Virus record (IMG/VR): IMGVR_UViG_3300045988_038936
Span: 1-44,214 of that record
Strand: one strand, 5' to 3'
DNA length: 44,214 bases
From: a virus
The translations under genes were made by a program, and so were the position numbers. Of the stretch, positions 1 through 6,843 are shown in pieces. The notes below the pieces were generated by a model. The model made no database searches, had not been told where the DNA came from, and saw only the letters and a list, made by a program, of their open reading frames with translations. Numbering within the stretch: position 1 is the stretch's first letter; the number at the start of each line of letters is the position of its first letter.

Positions 1-55
1 GTGACACAGGTCTGTGCCACTGGTGACACAGGTCTGTGCCACTGGTGACACAGGT
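1..55. repeat. Left copy of terminal 22-bp tandem repeat array (unit GTGCCACTGGTGACACAGGTCT); nt 1-55 identical to nt 44160-44214
   Basis: Read directly: 13-nt partial unit + one full unit + 20-nt partial unit; each unit contains two GTGNCAC palindromes. Confidence 0.95.
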
Positions 56-89
56 GGGCGACATCAACATCACCCCTAGACACCCATGG

Positions 90-118
90 TTGACAACCAA
101 GCACCACACAACTACCAT
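90..118 (+). promoter_or_regulatory. sigma70-type promoter TTGACA-N17-TACCAT abutting the ATG at 126 (probably leaderless mRNA)
   Basis: -35 at 90-95, -10 at 113-118, ATG begins 8 nt after the -10, no SD between. Confidence 0.55.
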
Positions 119-125
119 TGAACAC

Positions 126-743
126 ATGGAACACATCGACATCCAGCGAACCCGCACCACACGCCCCACCCTGGAGGACTCCTTCACGCCACTCGTAGCG
201 AAGGGGCTCACCTACCAGGTCGGAGAAGCCCTCCGACGGGCCTGCTACGAAAGCTATGGCGGCCACAGGCTCCCCCTCGTCCCTGAAGCAACCCTCCGCG
301 GCGCGGTCGAGCAGTACCAAGACCTCTACATCGCAGCCCTACAGACTCTCGCAGGCACCTTCAACGCGAAGCCGCCGAAGGACAACCCCATGCTCGCCCG
401 ATACACGTTCTCGCCGACAGCGGGACACGGCATCGCCGTCACGATCGGACGCATGTACAAGTCCTCAGAGGTCGCGTCTCGCCGAACCCGCCGCCTCCGT
501 GAGTGCGGGCTCATCACAACCAAGGGCAAGTCGTCGAGCTATGAGGTCAACTTCCTGGCCGCTAACCCCTACCTCGCCAAGGCAGTCCTGATCGGCTTCA
601 GGCACGCCATCGACTGCTGTGACGTAGAAGCCCCATGGGACTTTGATGGCGAATACCTCGCAGCCGCCGAGCGCGCCGCACAGGCTAAGTGTTCAGAGCT
701 TGGCTCTGAACTGGGCGTCACCTTCTACCCCGCCTACAACTAG
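126..743 (+). CDS. Hypothetical winged-helix-like DNA-binding protein (possible initiator/regulator)
   Basis: ORF 36..743 trimmed to its first ATG (upstream part reads through the repeat array); SRRTRRLRECGLITTKGKSSSYEVN resembles a wHTH helix-wing. Confidence 0.6.
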   Translation: MEHIDIQRTRTTRPTLEDSFTPLVAKGLTYQVGEALRRACYESYGGHRLPLVPEATLRGAVEQYQDLYIAALQTLAGTFNAKPPKDNPMLARYTFSPTAGHGIAVTIGRMYKSSEVASRRTRRLRECGLITTKGKSSSYEVNFLAANPYLAKAVLIGFRHAIDCCDVEAPWDFDGEYLAAAERAAQAKCSELGSELGVTFYPAYN

Positions 744-749
744 AAAAGC

Positions 750-785
750 GGAGGGCGCCAGGTCCATGCTATCCTGGCGCCCTCC
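750..785 (+). terminator. 13-bp perfect-stem hairpin after first gene
   Basis: GGAGGGCGCCAGG / CCTGGCGCCCTCC with 10-nt loop; no U-tract. Confidence 0.5.
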
Positions 786-814
786 TAGAGAACACATTGA
801 AAGGATAGCATGCC

Positions 815-1795
815 ATGCGTTACTGTGCAACAGAAGCGGCTGCGCTCCAAGGACTCAAACACAGCACCAAGGTCGTCGCCCTCATCATCGCAGCCCGCAC
901 CAGCAACAACAACCCAGACTGGCCCGGCCGGTACGTGTCATTCCCCAGCATCGAGGCCCTAGAGGAAGACACTGGACTCAGCAGGCGCTCCCTCTACCGC
1001 GCCATCAATGAGCTCGCCGACGCCAGCATCATCCGTATCTACAAGGACCGGAAGCCAGGTGCGCAGTGGGACCACAACGTATATGAGTGGACCGCTACCG
1101 AATCCCCCAACTACAACACGAACTGGATGAAGCGCCGCGACACCAGGCAGGACGCCGTAGGCTCTCGCCTCACCGATGAGGGCTGGGAGTACTGTCGCGC
1201 CCACAACGTCGGCCCGAACATTGCGGCCGGGCGGCACCCAGAGTTCACCCTCCCTCAGAAGGCGCCAACCGTCATCGAGGTCGAGGAGGCCCAGGACGAG
1301 CCCGCCGACATGCTCCCCATCGAGACCCCCATAGCACCCACCAAGCCTGCCAAGCGAGCCTCCAAGGCTACCCGTAACACCGCCATCCCTGAGGACTGGC
1401 GCCCCAGCGAGAAGACTCTAGCTCGCACACTGGAGCACTACCCCTCCATCCCCCTCGAAGAGCAGATAGAGAGCTTCATCGGCTACTACGGTTCCAAGAA
1501 CATCAAGCGAAGTAACTGGGATGCGTCATGGAGGACGTGGTGCGCTAAGGGGAACGGCTTCGCCAATGGTGCATGGAAGCTCCCTCCCATGCCCGGAATG
1601 AGCCACGGCGCACCAGCCATAGACCCCACCACCGGCAAGGAGGTCACCAAGGAAGACTTCTGGTACGCCTGCGAGGCGCATGGCATCAACCCACGCCCCT
1701 ACATGAACTTCTGGAAGCCCACCATGGGACTCCCGGGCGACCCTGGATGGGCGAACGCGCAAGCCTACCTTGACCGCCACACCGGGCGAGCCTAA
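815..1795 (+). CDS. HTH replication-organizer-like protein (DnaD/replisome-organizer type C-terminus)
   Basis: N-terminal HTH (LEEDTGLSRRSLYRAINELADASII); C-terminal EEQIESFIGYYGSKNIKRSNWDASWRTWCAKG motif seen in phage/plasmid replication helpers; SD GAAAGGA upstream. Confidence 0.6.
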   Translation: MRYCATEAAALQGLKHSTKVVALIIAARTSNNNPDWPGRYVSFPSIEALEEDTGLSRRSLYRAINELADASIIRIYKDRKPGAQWDHNVYEWTATESPNYNTNWMKRRDTRQDAVGSRLTDEGWEYCRAHNVGPNIAAGRHPEFTLPQKAPTVIEVEEAQDEPADMLPIETPIAPTKPAKRASKATRNTAIPEDWRPSEKTLARTLEHYPSIPLEEQIESFIGYYGSKNIKRSNWDASWRTWCAKGNGFANGAWKLPPMPGMSHGAPAIDPTTGKEVTKEDFWYACEAHGINPRPYMNFWKPTMGLPGDPGWANAQAYLDRHTGRA

Positions 1796-1823
1796 CCCGC
1801 AACAGAACGACAAGGAGAACGCC

Positions 1824-2066
1824 ATGATCTACACATTCGACGACATCGACGAGCTCGACGACTTCATCATCGGCCTCATGCGCTCAGGCGGGACCGGCTA
1901 CTTCCGTGGCGCAGAGGTTCGATGTGACCACCGCCTCGGCGGGCGCGACTGGATCGTGTATGGCCCTCACCCCTCCTCATTCACTGCCGACATTGGCCCA
2001 GACGACCTGGACTACGTGCGCGAGAAGCTCATTGCAGCGGGGATTCTCGATGCCCCCAAGGCTTGA
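1824..2066 (+). CDS. Hypothetical protein (80 aa)
   Basis: ATG 1824 preceded by AAGGAG; its TGA stop lies inside the -35 of the next promoter. Confidence 0.6.
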   Translation: MIYTFDDIDELDDFIIGLMRSGGTGYFRGAEVRCDHRLGGRDWIVYGPHPSSFTADIGPDDLDYVREKLIAAGILDAPKA

Positions 2067-2092
2067 CAAGCCTGTCCCACCCTGTCTACACT
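2063..2092 (+). promoter_or_regulatory. Promoter P1, TTGACA-N18-TACACT, part of a ~60-bp promoter-leader module repeated at 3493-3556
   Basis: -35 2063-2068, -10 2087-2092, conserved CATCAGCAC at 2098-2106 and SD GAAAGGAAC at 2110-2118. Confidence 0.65.
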
Positions 2093-2122
2093 CCAGCCAT
2101 CAGCACACGAAAGGAACCAGGC

Positions 2123-2167
2123 ATGCACACCATCATCCGCACCGCCAACCACATCGTCAACAACTAA
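2123..2167 (+). CDS. Candidate 14-codon leader ORF (MHTIIRTANHIVNN)
   Basis: Uses the module's SD GAAAGGAAC in the same position as the methyltransferase start in the P2 copy; followed by a hairpin. Confidence 0.3.
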   Translation: MHTIIRTANHIVNN

Positions 2168-2175
2168 CCACCCAC

Positions 2176-2202
2176 GGGGGCCTGCAACACCAGCAGGCCC
2201 CC
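2176..2202 (+). terminator. 10-bp perfect-stem hairpin between leader ORF and dnaB (possible attenuator)
   Basis: GGGGGCCTGC / GCAGGCCCCC, 7-nt loop; no U-tract. Confidence 0.4.
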
Positions 2203-2223
2203 ACCAACACCCCACACGAGCAC

Positions 2224-3498
2224 ATGAACACCGAAACCACCATCATCGGCATCGCCCTCAGCGGCGACCGCAACGCCCTCATCGACCTCGACAACATCCA
2301 CCCCCACCACTTCGCCGACACCCGCAACGCCGCCATCTGGCAGCTAGTAGAGGACTACAAGCAGAAGAACCCAGGCCAAGGCCTCACCCCCGACCTCCTC
2401 CTCGACAAACTCCCCTCCATCACCACAGCCCACGTCACCCCCGACTACCTCCTCGACACCATGAACGGAGTCCACGGAGGCCACATCAACCTCGCAGGCG
2501 TCCACGCCAACAAACTCATCGACGACACCGCCCGCCGCCACCTCGCAGACGCCTGCACCCGCGGCCTCCAAATCATCGAAGCCGGAGGAGACCCCAGCGA
2601 CGCAGAAGCATCCATTAGGGAGCTCCTCAACCAAGTCAGCACCGGCAGCACCACCCTCGTCAACAACGACACCTGCCTCACCCAAATCACCGACTTCACC
2701 ACCAAAGCCACACCCTTCACCCCCACCCCCTGGCCCGACCTCAACCAAATCATTGGAGGCTGGAAACCGGGTGGGCTATATGTTATCGCGGCGAGACCTG
2801 GAGTGGGGAAAACCTTGGCAGCTCTCCAAGCCGCAACCGAGCTCGCAGACACCGGCCACGTCTACTTCGCCAGCCTCGAAATGGGCGGCCGCGAACTCTG
2901 GTCACGCATCATGGCCAACATCGCCAACGTCCCCGGCGACGCAGTAACCCGCCGCCGCCACCCCACCCCCGAAGAACAAGCCCGCATGACCGCAGCAGCA
3001 CCCCACCTCCGCCAACTCCCCATCCACTTCGACGACCGAGCCAACCTCACCATCGGAGACTTCGTAGCCACCACACGCCTCCTCCACCGCCAACACGGCC
3101 TCACCGCCGCATTCATCGACTACATCGGCCTCATCAACGCAGCCCCCGGCGACAGGCGAGCCCGCTGGGAGCTCATCGGCGAATACACGCGCTCCCTCAA
3201 GAACCTCGCCAAAGACCTCCAAATCCCCATCTTCGCCATCGCCCAGCTCGGCCGCCAAGCCGAACAGTCCCCCGGAGGCGAACTCCAGCTCTCCCACCTT
3301 AGGGAGTCAGGAAACATCGAACAGGACGCAAACGTCGTCCTCCTCCTCTCCTGCCCCCACGAGAACGGAGTCACCGACTGGACCCGAGCCGACATCCACG
3401 TCGCCAAGAACCGCGAAGGCCGCACCGGACACGTCCTCCTCGAACGCGAAGGCGACTACAGCCGCCTCAACCACCTCGGCTGGACCCCCGGGGCTTGA
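2224..3498 (+). CDS. dnaB: DnaB-family replicative helicase
   Basis: Walker A ARPGVGKT, SLEM, IDYIGLI (Walker B), AIAQLGRQAEQ, LRESGNIEQDANVVLLL, VAKNREGRTG; no in-frame start between 2066 and 2224. Confidence 0.9.
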   Translation: MNTETTIIGIALSGDRNALIDLDNIHPHHFADTRNAAIWQLVEDYKQKNPGQGLTPDLLLDKLPSITTAHVTPDYLLDTMNGVHGGHINLAGVHANKLIDDTARRHLADACTRGLQIIEAGGDPSDAEASIRELLNQVSTGSTTLVNNDTCLTQITDFTTKATPFTPTPWPDLNQIIGGWKPGGLYVIAARPGVGKTLAALQAATELADTGHVYFASLEMGGRELWSRIMANIANVPGDAVTRRRHPTPEEQARMTAAAPHLRQLPIHFDDRANLTIGDFVATTRLLHRQHGLTAAFIDYIGLINAAPGDRRARWELIGEYTRSLKNLAKDLQIPIFAIAQLGRQAEQSPGGELQLSHLRESGNIEQDANVVLLLSCPHENGVTDWTRADIHVAKNREGRTGHVLLEREGDYSRLNHLGWTPGA

Positions 3499-3524
3499 CA
3501 ACCCCGTCCAGCCCTGTCTACACT
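3495..3524 (+). promoter_or_regulatory. Promoter P2, TTGACA-N18-TACACT (second copy of module)
   Basis: -35 3495-3500 overlaps dnaB stop; -10 3519-3524; CATCAGCAC and GAAAGGAAC follow as in P1. Confidence 0.65.
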
Positions 3525-3556
3525 CCAGTCATCAGCACACCGAAAGGAACACAACC

Positions 3557-4396
3557 ATGAGCATCCTCAGCCTCTGCTCAGGCTACGGCGGACTAGAGCT
3601 CGCAATCCAAGCCACCTTCAGCCACCAAGCCATTGACGCAGCATGCGACAACTACAAACCCGCCCGCCAAGTCCTCACGCGCCACTACCCAAACACCAAC
3701 ATCCACACAGACGTCAACGACCCCAGCCTCCTCGACTACAAAAGCGACATCGTAGCCTTCGGCTTCCCCTGCCAGGACCTCTCCCGCGCCGGAAAACAAG
3801 CCGGACTCAACGGGGCGCGCAGCGGCCTCTTCTACGCCTGCATGAACGTCGTCCGAGCCGTACAGCCCACCGAAGTCATCGTCGAAAATGTCCCCCAAGC
3901 CGAAAAGTACGCCAACGCCATCAACCAAGAGTTCTGGGACGCCGGATACACCACCAGCTGGGCGCGAGCCAAAGCCCACGAGGCAGGACTCCCCCACCGT
4001 CGCGACCGCGTATTCATCTACGCCCACAAACTCGGCCGCCCAGAACGCGCCACAGCAAACGAGCCCACCTACACGCCAACCAGCCCCACATTCCCAACAC
4101 CCACCGTCGTAGACATGGGATGGGGACGCACAGCACAAGAATGGGAAACCTGGCTCCAAGCACAGAAAACCAAGCACAACAACGGCAACGGCCACGGACG
4201 AAGCCTCTACCAAATGTGCCACGAAGGAACCCTCCTCGTCATGGAACACCTCATGGGGCTCCCCACCGGCTACATCACCAACCAAGACATCAGCGACGCA
4301 GCAAAACGCCGCCTCCTCGGCAACGGAGTGGCCCCCCAGCAAGGCCACCTCGGCATCTACCGCGCATGGAAGCAGCACACAGAAAGGAACAGCTAA
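3557..4396 (+). CDS. DNA (cytosine-5)-methyltransferase
   Basis: Motif I LSLCSGYGG, motif IV GFPCQDLS, motif VI ENV, RRDRVF, motif X GNGV. Confidence 0.9.
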   Translation: MSILSLCSGYGGLELAIQATFSHQAIDAACDNYKPARQVLTRHYPNTNIHTDVNDPSLLDYKSDIVAFGFPCQDLSRAGKQAGLNGARSGLFYACMNVVRAVQPTEVIVENVPQAEKYANAINQEFWDAGYTTSWARAKAHEAGLPHRRDRVFIYAHKLGRPERATANEPTYTPTSPTFPTPTVVDMGWGRTAQEWETWLQAQKTKHNNGNGHGRSLYQMCHEGTLLVMEHLMGLPTGYITNQDISDAAKRRLLGNGVAPQQGHLGIYRAWKQHTERNS

Positions 4397-4599
4397 TGGT
4401 CGCCGAACCCGTCTACACCCTCCACCCCGACATGATCACCCTCCGCCAAGCCGAAGCCATCACAGGCATCGACTACAAGGCCATCCATGACGCCGCCCGC
4501 AAAGGCCACATCTACTGGAACCGCTACGACGTAGCACCCACCTTCCGCGTCAGCCGACGCGACACCATCACCTGGGCCGCAAACCAAAAGGCAGCATGA
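4396..4599 (+). CDS. Small HTH DNA-binding protein (excisionase/MerR-like fold)
   Basis: TAATG overlap with upstream stop; ITLRQAEAITGIDYKAIHDAARKGHI. Confidence 0.6.
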   Translation: MVAEPVYTLHPDMITLRQAEAITGIDYKAIHDAARKGHIYWNRYDVAPTFRVSRRDTITWAANQKAA

Positions 4600-4600
4600 C

Positions 4601-5275
4601 ATGGCAAACCACGCCGCAACATGCCACATCTGCGAAAGCGCATTCACACCCAAAAGCGTCAACGCAAAATACTGCTCACCCAAATGCAGAAAAGAAGCCA
4701 AACGCAAAGCCGACAGAGAATTCATGCGCAAATGGCGAGCACAAAACCCAGAAAAGAACGCAGAGCGACGCAAACGAGAAAGCCCCGAGGCTCGCCGCCA
4801 ACGCGTCAAACGATGCCGCGACAGCAATCCCGAACGGGCTCACGCCTTAGCCAAAGCTTACCGCCAAGCAAACCTCGCATCAGAGACCGCACGCATGCGC
4901 AGGTGGCTAGAAGACCCAGAACACAAAGAGCGCCATCGCGCAAACATAAAGAAATGGGTCGTCCGCAACCCGGACAAGGTAGCCGCCTACAGGGTGCATA
5001 GAGCGCAAGCTGAACTCGAAGGCAACGCCACACAAAAGCTCATCAACGCAAAATGGGAAGCGAGCAACAAGACTTGCTGCCTCTGCGGTACGCGGATCGA
5101 CGACACCCTCAGGTCACCCCACCCCATGTCACTCACCATCGAACACCTCACCCCCATCTCACGAGGAGGAACCCACAACCTCGACAACATCGACTTCGCA
5201 CACCGCACCTGCAACACCAAAAAGGGAGCCAAGACGCTCGACGAGTACCGAGAATGGGTGAAGCGGGCCACCTAA
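4601..5275 (+). CDS. HNH endonuclease with N-terminal zinc-ribbon and basic region
   Basis: CHIC...CSPKC; C-terminal CCLCG...IEHLTPISRGGTHNLDNIDFAHRTCNTKKG. Confidence 0.85.
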   Translation: MANHAATCHICESAFTPKSVNAKYCSPKCRKEAKRKADREFMRKWRAQNPEKNAERRKRESPEARRQRVKRCRDSNPERAHALAKAYRQANLASETARMRRWLEDPEHKERHRANIKKWVVRNPDKVAAYRVHRAQAELEGNATQKLINAKWEASNKTCCLCGTRIDDTLRSPHPMSLTIEHLTPISRGGTHNLDNIDFAHRTCNTKKGAKTLDEYREWVKRAT

Positions 5276-5571
5276 ACAGCACTCAAAGCGCCCCGTGGAG
5301 CCAAAAACAGGCCCCGCGGGGCCAACTTCACTTCTCAAACTTGCACGCAACCAGATTTCCCATGACGCGTAGCGGTCGGCTCTGGCGGGTGGGGGGGTTA
5401 TCCCCTGGGGTTGCTGGGGTTTGTTTTTCTGCTGGTGGTTATTTCGTCGTCGTGATTTTTGGTGTTTCCGCTGGTCAGGTGTGTTGTGTGTGTTTGCTTG
5501 GTCTTGTGTTTGTGTGAGCTTGTGTTGGTGTGTTAGTTGCGTGCGCGTGCGTGTGTGTTGTGTGTACATGT

Positions 5572-5592
5572 GTTCGATGGTGTAGGTCACGT
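5572..5592 (+). promoter_or_regulatory. 21-bp box GTTCGATGGTGTAGGTCACGT, copy 1, ends 20 nt before the -35
   Basis: 19/21 identical to 6724-6744, same distance to the following promoter. Confidence 0.55.
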
Positions 5593-5612
5593 TGGTTGTT
5601 GGTGGTTGTGGG

Positions 5613-5643
5613 TTGACGTGAGCTGTCTCGTGTGGCGTATGGT
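5613..5643 (+). promoter_or_regulatory. Promoter TTGACG-N19-TATGGT with CATCAGCA leader element
   Basis: -35 5613-5618, -10 5638-5643, CATCAGCA 5650-5657, SD GGAAGGAAC before ATG 5699. Confidence 0.55.
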
Positions 5644-5698
5644 TTGGGTCATCAGCAACACAGCCCCGACGGCGGGGCGAACAGGAAGGAACAGTGAG

Positions 5699-6508
5699 AT
5701 GAGCAAGGCGGCGATGCGCATGGTGGTGGCCCTGGTGCTTGGGGTTATGGGCCTGACGGGTTGTGTGCCTGCCTATGCGGCTGAGGACACCGCCCCCGCT
5801 GGTGGGTGGGTGCTCGCTAGTACTGGTGCCCCCGTTGACGTGTCTGAGACTCCCGCGTGCGAGTCGGAGGATCAGGAGTACGGTCCGTGCTTGTGGGACG
5901 CCCGCACCATGGGGAACGGTTCGGGGCGTTCGTTCATCGTTGAGGAGGACGGCAGCGTCTCGTATCTGAGGTGGCGTGACGCCCGCGAGGTCGCGTTTCC
6001 GGGATGGCTGTGGGTAGGCACTGTTGAGGCCGCTGACGTGACTGGCCTGCCCGCATGTGCGGACGTGAACGGTGAGGTGACCTGCCAGCGGGATGGCCGG
6101 TACGTGCTCGAGGTGAACACTCGCGCGTGCACGCAGACCATCACCACCACTATGGGTGACCGCTACATCCCCGGACCCAGTGTCGCTAAGGCCCTCAGTG
6201 AGGGTTGCTCTAAGACCACGATCAAGGGGCACAGTGATGAGGCAGGACTCCACGGTGCACGCTCTAGTGTGTCTATGGAGGTTGTGCACTCACCTGCGGT
6301 GAGCGCGGTTGTGGATGGGCCTGTAGATAACCCGACCTCTGCTAGTCGTGACGTGGTTGTGGGTCCTGTGGATTCAGGTGTCAAAGACAACTATGACCGC
6401 GAGATTCTGGTGGCGGCTGCTGTGGTGACTTTGGGTGGTCTCGCGTTAGCTGTGTGGGCTGAGCGTCGGGCTACTCGGCGTCGGGTGGGTCGCTTCGGCT
6501 CGAGGTGA
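5699..6508 (+). CDS. Secreted lipoprotein with C-terminal membrane anchor (candidate superinfection-exclusion or surface-modifying protein)
   Basis: Signal peptide + lipobox MSKAAMRMVVALVLGVMGLTGC; 6 further Cys; C-terminal ILVAAAVVTLGGLALAVWA followed by ERRATRRRVGR. Confidence 0.75.
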   Translation: MSKAAMRMVVALVLGVMGLTGCVPAYAAEDTAPAGGWVLASTGAPVDVSETPACESEDQEYGPCLWDARTMGNGSGRSFIVEEDGSVSYLRWRDAREVAFPGWLWVGTVEAADVTGLPACADVNGEVTCQRDGRYVLEVNTRACTQTITTTMGDRYIPGPSVAKALSEGCSKTTIKGHSDEAGLHGARSSVSMEVVHSPAVSAVVDGPVDNPTSASRDVVVGPVDSGVKDNYDREILVAAAVVTLGGLALAVWAERRATRRRVGRFGSR

Positions 6509-6527
6509 GTGGTCCTCTCTCTTGGTG

Positions 6528-6566
6528 CCCCCGGTTCCGCTTCGGCGGGCCGGGGGGTTTGCTTTG
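6528..6566 (+). terminator. Rho-independent terminator after lipoprotein gene
   Basis: CCCCCGG..CCGC-TTCG-GCGG..CCGGGGG stem-loop followed by TTTGCTTTG. Confidence 0.7.
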
Positions 6567-6723
6567 TCTTCCCGTGGTGGGCGTCGTGAGGGCAGCTGGA
6601 GTGCTTTCGGGGTGTGAGTGGTGCCCACGTATGGGTGGGGTGCTGTGGGGCGCTCAGATTGGCTCCTGTGGCCTCTCGTGCATGTGGGTGCGTGGTGTAG
6701 GAGTGTGGCGCTGCCGAACAGGC

Positions 6724-6744
6724 GTTCGATGACGTAGGTCACGT
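6724..6744 (+). promoter_or_regulatory. 21-bp box GTTCGATGACGTAGGTCACGT, copy 2
   Basis: Same sequence and same 20-nt spacing to the -35 as copy 1. Confidence 0.55.
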
Positions 6745-6764
6745 GAATTGGTGCCCAATCTGAG

Positions 6765-6795
6765 TTGACTCAGCCCGTCTAGGTGTGTGTATAGT
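6765..6795 (+). promoter_or_regulatory. Promoter TTGACT-N19-TATAGT with CATCAGCAC leader element
   Basis: -35 6765-6770, -10 6790-6795, CATCAGCAC 6801-6809, SD GAAAGGA before ATG 6844. Confidence 0.6.
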
Positions 6796-6843
6796 TAAGC
6801 CATCAGCACGGGGCAGTCAGCCCCAACAGAAAGGATCACAGCA

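Noticed and set aside
36-125. An N-terminal extension of the first gene back to position 36.
   Set aside because: The extension is a translation of the 22-bp repeat array and of a good promoter. The first ATG (126) sits at the expected leaderless start.
1906-2223. An upstream extension of the dnaB ORF.
   Set aside because: There is no ATG/GTG/TTG in frame between the previous gene and 2224. The stretch contains a promoter, a short ORF in another frame and a hairpin.
5276-5698. The abrupt wobble-base switch at about 5.3 kb as a replication-strand (GC-skew) origin signal.
   Set aside because: Minus-strand late genes (TerL, TMP, MCP) use the same G/T/C-ending codons as the plus-strand genes after 5.7 kb. 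The anomaly is therefore confined to the 2063-5275 block rather than being a genome-wide strand effect. A computed cumulative skew would be needed to revisit this.
5159-6289. A 376-aa minus-strand ORF spanning the HNH 3' end, the spacer and the lipoprotein gene.
   Set aside because: Its translation is His/Thr/Gln/Pro junk and it overlaps two well-supported plus-strand genes. The plus-strand product has a textbook lipoprotein signal.
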